A stretch of 64,000 nt of DNA, taken from NCBI GenBank assembly GCA_950097015.1, contig CATNEN010000038.1, positions 13,764,001 to 13,828,000 on the forward strand, written 5' to 3'. The stretch is from Macrostomum hystrix (Eukaryota; Animalia; Platyhelminthes). Positions within the stretch are counted from its first letter, which is position 1. Each line of letters opens with the position of its first letter. The position numbers and the translations under genes are program-made. Below, piece after piece: positions 13,881 through 26,042 of the stretch. The notes under the pieces were generated by a model. The model was not told the origin of the DNA. It made no database searches and saw only the letters and a list, made by a program, of their open reading frames with translations.

Positions 13881-13988
13881 TTAGTATTCAATTAAATTTA
13901 AGTAAAGGATTCGATGTGTACTAACGGAAATGTATCAAATTGGCCTGGCTTAGTGTCCATCTATATCTAAATATTAACGCTAGCACTT

Positions 13989-16900
13989 ATGGCTTTCAAT
14001 GTTACGGACTTTCAGCTGCAATCAATCTTAATCTCGGATGCCGCCGCCGCCCGTCTCGACCGATGGCGCGTGAAGTCCGGCCAGTCAGTAAATCCGGCCG
14101 ACTGCCTGGCGGTGCTGCTAACCGCCGCCGGCAAGCAGCTCCGCCTCTATCCGCCAAACGGAGGCCGAATAGTTCGATTGTTAGTTACCGACGGCTCGGC
14201 TGTGAAACTTGGCGATGCTGTCTGCGAGCTGGAGCCATGCGAGCACTCTATTGTGATGAAGGACCTTTGCGCCGAGTGCGGCCAGAATCTGCGGGCTGAG
14301 AATGGCGCTCCTGGCGAGCGGCGTCAGACTGCCCTAGCAACGGTTGCTATGGTGCACTGCATACCCGAATTGCACGTTAGTCAAAGAAAGGCGGAATCGC
14401 TGGCGGCTGAAGACGAGGGCCTGCTGCTGCAGCGCAGGAAGCTGGTGCTGCTGGTCGATTTGGACCAGACAGTAATTCACACCACCACTCAGAATGTACC
14501 AGCCAAGCTGGCCAAGGTACACCACTTTCAGCTCAGGCCGCCAGTCTGGTATCACACTCGTGTTCGGCCTGGCGTGGAAGAATTCTTAGTTCGCGTGTCC
14601 AGGTAAAACTGCCACCCCTGTTTGTTGGATTGTCAGTTGCTCATTGTCCTTGTATTTGTATCCATCATGTGCGGCCATCTATCTCCTCACATTCTCTATA
14701 TCCCATGTTCTCCATATCCCATGTTCTCCATATCCCATGTTCTCCATATCCCATGTTCTCCATATCCCATGTTCTCCATATCCCATGTTCTCCATATCCC
14801 ATGTTCTCCATATCCCATGTTCTCCATATCCCATGTTCTCCATATCCCATGTTCTCCATATCCCATGTTCTCCATATCCCATGTTCTCCATATCCCATGT
14901 TCTCCATATCCCATGTTTTCTATATCCCATGTTCTCCATATCCCATGTTCTCCATATCCCATGTTTTCTATATCCCATGTTCTCCATATCCCATGTCCAT
15001 ATCCCATGTTCTCCATATCCCATGTTCTCCATATCCCATGTTGTCCATATCCCATGTTCTCCATATCCCATGTTCTCCATATCCCATGTTGTCCATATCC
15101 CATGTTCTCCATATCCCATGTTCTCCATATCCCATGTTGTCCATATCCCATGTTCTCCATATCTTATGTTCTCCATATCCCATGTTCTCCATATCCCATG
15201 TTCTCCATATCCCATGTTGTCCATATCCCATGTTCTCCATATCCCATGTTCTCCATATCCCATGTTCTCTATATCCCATGTTCTCCATATCCCATGTTCT
15301 CCATATCCCATGTTCTCCATATCCCATGTTCTCCATATCCCATGTTCTCTATATCCCATGTTCTCCATATCCCATGTTCTCCATATCCCATGTTCTCCAT
15401 ATCCCATGTTCTCCATATCCCATGTTCTCCATATCCCATGTTCTCCATATCCCATGTTCTCCATATCCCATGTTCTCCATATCCCATGTTCTCCATATCC
15501 CATGTTCTCCATATCCCATGTTCTCCATATCCCATGTTCTCCATATCCCATGTTCTCCATATCCCATGTTTTCTATATCCCATGTTCTCCATATCCCATG
15601 TTCTCCATATCCCATGTTTTCTATATCCCATGTTCTCCATATCCCATGTCCATATCCCATGTTCTCCATATCCCATGTTCTCCATATCCCATGTTGTCCA
15701 TATCCCATGTTCTCCATATCCCATGTTCTCCATATCCCATGTTGTCCATATCCCATGTTCTCCATATCCCATGTTCTCCATATCCCATGTTGTCCATATC
15801 CCATGTTCTCCATATCTTATGTTCTCCATATCCCATGTTCTCCATATCCCATGTTCTCCATATCCCATGTTGTCCATATCCCATGTTCTCCATATCCCAT
15901 GTTCTCCATATCCCATGTTCTCCATATCCCATGTTCTCCATATCCCATGTTTTCTATATCCCATGTTCTCCATATCCCATGTTCTCCATATCCCATGTTG
16001 TCCATATCCCATGTCCATATCCCATGTTCTCCATATCCCATGTTCTCCATATCCCATGTTCTCCATATCCCATGTTCTCCATATCCCATGTTTTCTATAT
16101 CCCATGTTCTCCATATCCCATGTTCTCCATATCCCATGTTGTCCATATCCCATGTTCTCCATATCCCATGTTCTCCATATCCCATGTTCTCCACATGCAC
16201 TCATGCTATTATGTTGCAGCGTCATCTTGCTTTGATTTGCTTTCAGTAATTATATTTGACACAATGGCGTGAGTAGTCCTTACCCACCCGAACACCCTCC
16301 CGCCAGCCTATACGAGCTGCACATCATCAGCTTCGGCAACCGGCCATACGCCCACAAAATCGCCAGCCTAATAGACCCAGAGAAGCGCTACTTCTCGCAT
16401 CGCATCCTTAGCCGTGACGAGTGCTACAATCCCTTGACTAAAACCGCCAATTTGAAGTCACTCTTCCCCAGAGGTGATCACATGATTGTCATCATCGACG
16501 ATCGGGACGAAGTATGGGATTCCATGCCCAGCCTCATTCACGTGAAGCCCTATCAGTTCTTCGAAGGCACCGAGGATATCAATTGTCCACCTGGAGCAGC
16601 TGTGCCAGCGGCAAAAGTTGATCCCATGGACCTGGTGGAGAAGGCTATGGAGCATCAGCATCCCCAGCTGCAGAAGCAGCAGGAGGATCCCAACCAGCCG
16701 GTTGAGTGGCCGGATAATGACAGGTAGCATTTTATGCGCTCTTTGCTTGTGTGCTCAATTTCCCAGATTCAATCATTGCTCTTCTCATATCAGCATAGAA
16801 CCAAAATCTTAAAATTTCATTTTTAGCATCCCAGATCCTCAAATTCCGTTATTTAGCAACCCAGATCCTCAAATTCCGTTATTTGGAATCGCAGATCCTC

Positions 16901-19641
16901 AAATTCCGTTATTTAGCAACCCAGATCCTCAAATTCCGTTATTTAGAATCGCAGATCCTCAAATTCCGTTATTTGGAATCGCAGATCCTCAAATTCCATT
17001 ATTTGGAATCGCAGATCCTCAAATTCCGTTATTTGGAATCGCAGATCCTCAAATTCGATTATTTGGAATCGCAGATCCTCAAATTCCGTTATTTGGAATC
17101 GCAGATCCTCAAATTCCATTATTTGGAATCGCAGATCCTCAAATTCCATTATTTGGAATCGCAGATCCTCAAATCCGTTATGTTGCGATCTTTGTCCTAA
17201 AATTCCGTTATTTTAGTACTGCAGATCCTCAAATTCCGTTATTTTAGTACTGCAGATCCTCAAATTCCGTTATTTTAGTACTGCAGATCCTCAAATTCCG
17301 TTATTTTAGTACTGCAGATCCTCAAATTCCATTATTTAGAATCGCAGATCTCCAAATTCCATTATTTGGAATCGCAGATCCTCATATCCGTTATGTTGCG
17401 ACCTTTGTCCTCAAATTCCGTTATTTTAGTACTCCAGATCCTCAAATTCCGTTATTTTAGTACTGCAGATCCTCAAATTACGTTATTTAGCTATCCAGGG
17501 CCTCAAATTCCGTTACTTTGCATCCCAGATCCTCAAATTCCGTTTTTAGCAACCCAGATCCTCAAATTCCGTTATTTGTTATCACAGGTCCTCAAATTCC
17601 GTTACTTTGCATCCCAGATCCTCAAATTCCGATTTTTAGCAACCCAGATCCTCAAATTCCGTTACTTTGCATCCCAGATCCTCAAATTCCGATTTTTAGC
17701 AACCCAGATCCTCCAATTCCGTTATTTGTTATCACAGGTCCTCAAATTCCGTTTATTAAGCATCCTAAATCCTAAATTCTAGTTTATTTGGCATCCCAGA
17801 TACTAAAAGTCCGTTTGTTTACTTACAGTATTTTTTTAATGCTGTACTTTTTTGCAAACTTTTTTACTTCGCTGGAGTGCTGACATCGATTTGCACTGGA
17901 TTACGGTCTTAGGCGGTCTTACGCTCTCAACGCTCAATAGTATCTTAATACACAATCTTCAGGTATCTGTTCAGACTCACCGACATCCTGACTGACATTC
18001 ACTCCGAGTACTATCGCCGCCTGGACTCTTCGGCCGGCCTTGACAATTCCGGTAGCGCCAGCTCGGCCGCGGCAACCAAGCCGAAGCCGCCGCAGTCCCG
18101 TGACGTTTGCACGGAGCTACGCGGCCGTGTGCTTCAAGGCTGCCGGCTGGTGTTTAGCGGCCTGTTCCCAACCAGCCTGCCGCCCGAGAAGAGCAAAGCT
18201 TATCAGATTGCCACCGGACTGGGTGCCGTGGTGCAGGCCGACGTGCAGCTGGGTCATCGGGTGCCGGCGGTGAGAGAGCTGCTCCATTCGTTTAGGGCAC
18301 GAGGTGTTGAACCAGATAAGGCATAGCTAGGAAATATATTTTTAGTTTGAGCCTCTATAAATTAGTGTTGTTGATTTGGTATTCTAGGACCATTAAGATA
18401 AAGGAATTTCAGGCTTTTGATTTCCGGTTGAAAAGGTCCTAGAATGTTTGGGATCTTCTTCTTAATTGGTTGGGTTTTAAGCTTGAGATCTGCGTCTTAA
18501 TTAACTTTTTATCGGACTGTCATAATTGTGTCGAATTGATTATAACTCTTGTTCTTGCTCTTGAGAGATAATGAGAAATTTCCCTGTACATTCGCAGGAG
18601 AGCCGAACCACCCATCTGGTAGCGGCCAAGAGCGGCACCTCAAAGTTTCATCGGGCGCGCAAAACTACAAATGAGTCTTCATCTTCGAGCAGCGGCAATA
18701 GCGGCTGCTGCATCGTCAATCCAGAGTGGCTGTGGACCTGCTACTATGAGTGGCGCCGCTGTCCAGAATCCGACTTTCCCGTTGTTGCTGACGTCGATTA
18801 TCTGGGCCTGCGCCGGGACGCCAGGCAGCGTCGGGACAGCGAGGTGAAGCGCTACAAATCCGACAGGAAGCGGCGCCGGCAGGAGTCCGTTGTGGTCACG
18901 CCGGAGGAGGCCACGGCGGAGGAGGAGGAGGCGGCGGCTGCGGCGATTGCTAATGAAGACGAAGAAGCTGCGGGAGCAACGGAAACTGCCACCGCGGATG
19001 CAGCGGCCGCCACGTCAGCCGAGCCGACGCCTTCCGTCAGCGGAGTGAACCAGCGGCCCCACTTTGACCTGGCCGACAACCCGCTGCTGAGCATGTCGCC
19101 AGGCGACCTGAAGTGCCTGCAAGACGAAGTGGACGCCGAACTGGAAGGCATCTCCAGCTCTGATTCGTCCGAGTCCTCATCAGAATCCGAGGCTCGTCTG
19201 CGTAGGAAGGTGCTGCGAAAATCGAAAGCTAAAGAGTCGAAATCGAAGACTGAAAAGCAGAGAGCAACTGCTGGAGCAGCTGCGCAGACGGGGAAGAAGG
19301 ACTCCGGCGAAAGAGGTAGCAAGCGCTCCGCGCCAGACGACTCCACAACCGATGCCTCATCCGACAGCTCCTCGTCTTCTGGGAATGCCGAAGCGATGAC
19401 GGGCGGAACCGCTGCTGGAGCCGATGATCGCGACTGGGGTGAAGGCTGCAAGGAGGGCTACGACTATGCCGACGCAGAAGCTAATTTTCAACTGTTAGGC
19501 GGAGACGTCGACTCAACTGACGAGGATGATCAAGGCGAAGACGACTCCGAGGATGAAGATAATGAAGATGAGGACGCTATAGAAGATGTTCGTCGGACGC
19601 GGAGGCGGCAGCGGAGGCAGTGGCAGGCGGACGGCAATTGA
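13989..19641 (+). CDS. CTDP1: RNA polymerase II CTD phosphatase FCP1, about 793 aa
   Basis: Exons 13989-14602, 16307-16723, 17963-18269, 18598-19641 in frame. CAECG motif, KLVLLVDLDQTVIHT (DxDxT HAD motif), RILSRDEC, IIDDRDEVW, BRCT (LVFSG...TTHLVA...VNPEWLW), acidic tail with NPL...DEVD. Confidence 0.95.
14691..16193. repeat. 16-bp tandem array (TCCCATGTTCTCCATA), about 94 copies, FCP1 intron 1
   Basis: Read directly; produces the spurious 500-aa ORFs in all three + frames. Confidence 0.97.
16826..17790. repeat. 30/31-bp tandem array (GCAGATCCTCAAATTCCGTTATTTGGAATC), about 30 copies, FCP1 intron 2
   Basis: Read directly; variant blocks along the array. Confidence 0.95.
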
Positions 19642-20872
19642 TCCTTGATCATTAAAGCTCCCAAATTTGCTTTTTCTGGCGGGAAACCGATGCGGTTTAG
19701 TCGCAGTTGTTGCACACAAATTTGAATTGCCTTTTGCTTATTTTTTACGCATTTTCTGTTCCTACCATAGCTGCAAGCTGCAAGACTACTTGTCTGAGTT
19801 TGACTTTGCATAAATATTTACTGCTACGAGCTAACTCTATTCTAAGTACTTTTATCTAGATGAGTAGTTTCGGTCATGCCTTTAACTATCGTATTTCAAC
19901 TATCACTAAATTATTAGTTGAAATATATCGCGAATGTTCTATTCAGTTAATACTTATTTAATGCAAAACGAAAGCTTCAATCATTTATAAGAACCTATTT
20001 CTAAAGCTTTGTTCTTTTTACTGAGAAATTATCTATTGTAGTTAGTTATGTTCTGAATACAATATTTACAGTGTAACAAATAATTCGATCTTTAGTATCT
20101 ACAGGCTGATACAGTAATTAAATATTATAACTACGTCATGACAGGAAGCAAGCTTAAAAAAAGACATCCTTTAGTGCTTTTGCTGGAGCACGGTTGGAGC
20201 TCTGATTGCATTTCAGTATGCTTGATAAGTAGGTCAGTATTATCATCAAGCTTGACTGGGCTTCGCCTCTTAAATTAACAAATTACTGCCTCGCGCAATG
20301 CAAGCTCGACCGAGACAAACGAAAAATGAACTATTTCGCATCGATAATAGCTGGCCCTGTCCATTCTGACAGTCGATCCTCAGTGCCGTCCGCTCCTCCA
20401 GTATACATTTTATCCTTTCTTTACAGTTTACTCCCACTGTGTGCAGCAGTGCTATCTGATAGCTGATAGAGGGCGTTCAAACAGTTTTTTCTATGCGTAC
20501 ATCCAGCTAGCCTAACCGATGCTTCCAATCAATGTACATTCCGGATTTGTTGTACATTCTGTTTAGTGAGGGCGGGCCTGATCCATTTCGTCTCTCTTAC
20601 CCCAGCCGCCGCCGAACCCACCACCCCATAAAAGCCCAGCATACGATAATACAGGCCATTCGGACCAGTCAATATTTGTGGGCCTATTTGGATTTTGAAC
20701 AGCGTGTTATTTCTTATTTTCACTTTGAAAGCCTCACGCAGAGAGAAATGTAGTCATTGAGACACTGGACACCAAAATTCATACTGTTTTTATAATTGAG
20801 TACGAATGCGTGGGCAGCAATCAGAGAATTTTCGTTAGTTAAAAGTTCACGTACGACACGAAGCAGAAAAAC

Positions 20873-22770
20873 ATGGCCACAAAACCGCAGCAACTAGATC
20901 AACAATTGGAAGTCATTCGGCCTGAAGCATCGGTATTAAACGATTCGGGAGCCTGCTGCGCTGACTCGTCAACAGAACTGGCGCCGGAACTGCAGGATGA
21001 TGAGCATCGGCAGCTTATTTCTGAATCTGTATACAAGAGCAGAACCAGTTTAAACCGGTTCTCTTCTATTAGAACGGCCAGAGGAGTGGCCGGATTTGGT
21101 GGCCAGTTTACTACAGTCACTGAAACCGCCTCAGAGCAGACTATTAGCAGCACCGATGACAACACCGATTGGGACACTGACCAGCAGCTGGACGATAAAG
21201 ACGACGAAGATGACGATGAAGATAATGCTGTGAGCTCAGCGCTGGCCGATCGAGTAGTGTGGCACGAGGACGACCTGATTGTGGCTGCCGAACTCGGTAT
21301 GTTCGCTAAGCTTTTATTAACTGCTGAACTTTCTATTAACTTTCGTTGAGATTCTACAGTAATCTACCTCATTTAACTGCTTGTTTGTGTCTGTGTGACG
21401 AATCAGTAAATTCGCTGTGCAGATTCAGCTGCTGAAGATGTTGTCAGTTCTTATTAGTCCAAATCTGTGACCCCACTGGCTGGACCATCGCAGGCAAGGC
21501 GCTACTCGAGCGAAATCGTCGCCTGTCAGCGCGACTTCGCCGCGCGCGCGCAGTCGCCGCCGAAAGGTCACGCGAGGCCGCTCAGCTGGCCGCGGGCTTA
21601 GCCGCAGCTCGCAGACTGGACGATAGCCGGCTGCGCGCCTGCGACGAAGTCGAACGCCAGTGCTCCGAGCTGGAGCGCGGCAACGATCTGCTCCGGCTTG
21701 AGCGGCGTCGCCTGATGTCGCGAATCGAAGCGCTGGAAGATTCCGAGGCTGCCGCCGAAGCTCGGGCTGATGAATACCGTCGACGATTAGCCGAAGCCAA
21801 CGCTAATTTAGCATCTGCCAGCAACGCCGCCAACTCCGAGGATTCAGGTTCGGCTTCGTCGGCTATCAGCAGCAACGGACTGTTGTCAAGGCGGCGGTCA
21901 TGGCCGGGACTGCCCGCTTCAATCGTTAAAACGTCTGCGACGGAGGTGCTGCAGCAGCTGCAGCCGAGGAAGTCTCGGGCTGAGGTAGACTGACTGACGT
22001 TGAGGTGGCTGCAAGAAGGGAGAGGTTGCTGCAAGAAGGGAGAGGTGGCTGCAAGAAGAGAGAGAGTTGGCTGCGTGGAGGGAGAGGTGACCGCAAGGAG
22101 GAAGGGGTGGCTGCGAGGAGGGAGAGGTGGCTGCGAGGAGGGAGAGGTAGCTGCGAGGAGGGAGGGGTGGCTGCGAGGAGGGAGAGGTGGCTGCGAGGAG
22201 GGAGAGGTGACTGCAAGGAGGGAGAGGTGTTTGCGAAAGAGGGAGAGGCGCTTGGATGAGGGAGAGGAGGCTGAGCAGAGGGCGAGGGGGTTGCGAGAAG
22301 GGAGAGGGAGTAGAGTGAGTGAGAAAAAAGTAAGTGTAAACAGATCTTAAGCTCGCGGCGAGATGAGTCACGATGATACATTATAGGAAAAAGAGATTCT
22401 TGGGATGAAGATGAAACAAATATTTATATTCAATATTCTAGTGGAATAGAAATTCTATACAGAATTCTAGAGATCCAGGAAAAAAATCCGCTTACAGCGG
22501 TAAATAGGACTCACTTTATAAAACTCTGCTCACAAATTTCAACAGCACACCGAGGTTGCCGCCACTCGGCGCAGAGAAGCGGCGCCTTCCGCTCCGCCGC
22601 CGCTCATTCGTCAGTCGCAGCATCAGCTCCCGGATGATGACAACGACGCCGGGCGAAGGGATCGACGTCGGCTAGCCAGCGGTGAGCACGAGCCCGCCTA
22701 TCGGTCGCTCTTTGCCGAGGCGCGGGCTCGCCTGCGTCAGGTGCTCGAGGAGCGGCCCGATGTGGAATAA
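20873..22770 (+). CDS. CDR2/CDR2L-like coiled-coil protein with CC1 box (putative dynein adaptor), about 379 aa
   Basis: Exons 20873-21296, 21494-21984, 22546-22770. Splicing gives WHEDDLIVAAELG|KALLERN (AAxxG CC1 box) followed by coiled coil; C-terminal EPAYRSLFAEAR resembles the CDR2 helix PEYKALFKEIF. Confidence 0.75.
22003..22310. repeat. Degenerate purine-rich 20-bp array (GGAGAGGTGGCTGCGAGGAG), intron 2 of CDR2-like gene
   Basis: Read directly; starts about 18 nt after the donor at 21985. Confidence 0.9.
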
Positions 22771-25700
22771 TTTCTGGTTTTTCTCAGCTTGTCTACCCGT
22801 GATTTTGAACAGTGTCCTGTACATGAGAGACTTTGTTTGATCTCTTCCATTATTTATGTTTGCTTTGCCTTTAATATGATTTTTAATTCATTTTAAGGCT
22901 ATTCAACTAGCTCCCAAAAGTTCACCCACTGTTAGGCTACCCTATGCTTAATCTTACCAATGCCAGCTTGTAATTTGCTCGTTTAATGAATTAAAAGTGC
23001 CAGTAAATTTTCCCATGTCCCTTTCTTGTGTATTTTAACAGTGTTTTGCTTGATCATTAATGTTTTCTTTTTGGGTCTTACTTAAACGGGTCTTACCCAG
23101 GTCTTGACTTTTCTGTAATGTGAAGATCAGCCAGCTCCCTTAATTGTGTTCACCGAACGCGTGAACAATTTTCCATCGATTATATAATACCTAATTGATC
23201 ATGTTGAGCAACTCCCATCGCTATTTGGACTAAACTAATTTTCTTTGTCATTTTAAATTCTGGCATGCGTACTGAGTGTACATTATCTTTGACAGGAATT
23301 AAAAAGTCCCAGCTGCGTTCATGTACATTTGTACACGTAAGCTACTATTAAATAAGTGAAAGTAAAATTAAGGCGCTTAATATTTGCCAAAATGTTTATC
23401 ATTGACAATGATCGCTTTATATGCTTCCTTAATTCATACATTAACTGATGTAAATATGAAAGCTGGGAAGAATAATATAGCTCGTAAGTGTAGTATACAT
23501 AATGCGAAGCGATCAACTATTAGAGACACTGCGATCGCTATAGTTTGTCGACAATCGTTTACCATCCCGACGCCGTCGACACCGTCACAAGGTGTCACCA
23601 GCAGTGTCCATAGTCGCGGCTGGTACCACCCTTACAAGACCCAGCAGCTCTGATCCGTCTTGCTATTGTTCGTCGGTGACACCGAAGTCGCAGGCACATT
23701 GATCGGGTGACGTACATTTTGAATGCCTACAAGGCCGAACGCAAGGCGCAGTGCTACAATTCGTGTATAGGGGTTGAATGTTGAATGTCTCTACGTTATT
23801 AACGACTGGCCATCAACTTAATATAAGTTATGCCGGTAGACTTGGTTTCTTAAGTTACAATGCAATAATCCTTGTTTTAGAAAATACGCAACAAAAAACA
23901 GATTCCTTTCCTTGAGCTTTTGTGCTTTGCTTCAATCAGGTTCAGGAAAAAAAATTGCAGTGAAACCCCTTCATATAAAAACGATATAAAGGCAATATTA
24001 GGTTTGGTAGTACTACGATTAATAACGCTAAGATTGACGAAGTTGCCTTTAAGACGGAATAGAATGAAATAAGACCAAAGCGGTAAATATTTTTTTCGTT
24101 AAACTGTAAATTAGAGCTACAGAAGAACGGTAAATTCTAAGTTTTCGCAGAAAAATGAAATAATCAATGACGGGGGAATGAATGAGTGACTTTGATGTAG
24201 GCGAAAGATATTAAACACAGGCTAGGCATTCATTGCGTGGAAATAGTTTTTAAAAGGTTATGAGAAACATGAGTTACATATATTTATTAATAAAGTAATT
24301 AAAATCATAAACGTAGCTGCAGCTTGAGTGTCATAGATATATATTTGTGCATCTTTTGTTTTACTGTTTATTTGTTTTTCGCACTTCGCGGAAAGCGCGA
24401 TATCTATTTTGATTTGGGAAGCAATAATGACTAATCTGACAATCATTTAATGTCACTATAAATTTTTAAGATTACATAGTTATATAGTTATATTAAATTT
24501 ATGTGCACTCATCGGTCCCTTATAGTTTTATAAATGCATTTTGCTTTTGTCAATAGTCAAGACAATTTGGTCTAGCCTATGTAGATCTGTGTTGATGGTT
24601 TTCATTTATGATTGATATTACTCATGAGGAGTCTCAATTATTTAACCATATATATTTAACTATATGCGAGTCTAACGTGTGCGAGTCATTATTCGTATTC
24701 TATATTCCATATTCCATAGGTTTGTTTTCCCGACCCCCTTCATTTTTAAGGCTTGGTTAGATTGATGGTTGGACTAGCCTAGCAATTTGCCTGTTGTAGC
24801 TTTGTAGTAGTAAAAAACAAGAAAACATATTAGTCTTTATGACTTCTAGGTTATAATGCTCTTTATAGATATGATGTTTTGTTTATCAAAATCAACTGTC
24901 TTCCCTCCAAAACAGAAAGAGAAAAAGAAAATAGTTTTCCTACTTATTAAAGATAATACTTGCTTTTTGACACATTAAGTATTTTTTAGCCTTATGTAAG
25001 TGATGTGAAATTCATATTTTTACTTTATATGTGCAAAATCATAGAACTCAAGTAAACCTTTACAAGTATTCAGTATAATTTGGGTAAAAAAGCTAGGTAA
25101 TAGGTAAATTATGTTGTATATTAAAAATTAATATACCCCTATCCCATAGGGGCTGGTTCACAATTGATAAAAAATCTTTTTATGGGGTTTTAATTATTTG
25201 TAATTTTCTTGTGTTTACTATTATTGAACTTTCTGACTTATACTATTAGCTAGATTATAAAAGATAACTATGCAAACTAATTTGTTATACATAAAAATGT
25301 AGGTACTTTAAAACTAATAGAGCTTGTACAGCTATATTAAGTTATTATCTGACTTCTTACTAGCCAGTGACCTTACCTGGCCTGGCCTATGTTGGTGGCA
25401 TCACACATTAACATCTGAACAATGAACTCTGAGGTATTATTATTGTCATTTACAATATCTTTGACTAGCTAGATTGTTGTCATTTTATTTGTATAAATAG
25501 TATTACTAACTGCTTAACATTGCTGGTTCAAAATACATCAATTATCAGTCTTATCCTACTCTTTAGTGAGCAATTTGACATTGTTGGTTGTTTCAGGTAG
25601 CTACATTTTCTGGTAATTATAGATTTGCAAAAATCTAGATGAAATCTTCTTTGTTAGCTAATTAGTTTTTTATTTATGGTAATGCATAGTGATTTTATGT

Positions 25701-26042
25701 AAATGTAAATAGCTATTCATCGCTTTGTTATAGATAAATAGAAATTTATTGCAAATAAAATGCTGATGTTATGTTTAAAAATATAAAGGCTTGTTACATT
25801 GAATAGTGTGCATTAGATAATAAATAATAAATAATGTATGTATGCATTTCTTACAATCATAGGAATAGCTTAAATTTTAGCCTCTGATATTACCAATATT
25901 GAAAGAAATGAGAATTAAACTTGTTAAAGTTTCAGTTGAAAATTGCTCACTGGACAGAAAAGAATTATACAAAAAGCTACCTTTGCTTTTTGAATAAAAA
26001 AGCAACTCGATAAAGAGGGGCGATTGTGTGCCTGAAAGCGCT

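Noticed and set aside
14622-16272. Three overlapping 540-aa ORFs, and similar ORFs at 28067, 30605, 41655 and 49701
   Set aside because: Translations of stop-free tandem repeats, mostly inside introns or flanks; periodicity equals the DNA unit length.
16826-17790. CRISPR-like appearance of 30-47-bp repeats
   Set aside because: Head-to-tail units without unique spacers, no cas genes, eukaryotic context.
18852-19451. Antisense ORFs over GC-rich exons (also 21582-22034 and 40790-41233)
   Set aside because: Shadow frames of well-supported + strand exons.
23550-23760. GC-rich patch between the CDR2-like and dynein IC genes
   Set aside because: No clear ORF, splice-flanked exon or recognisable RNA family; faint transposase HTH resemblance too weak to call.
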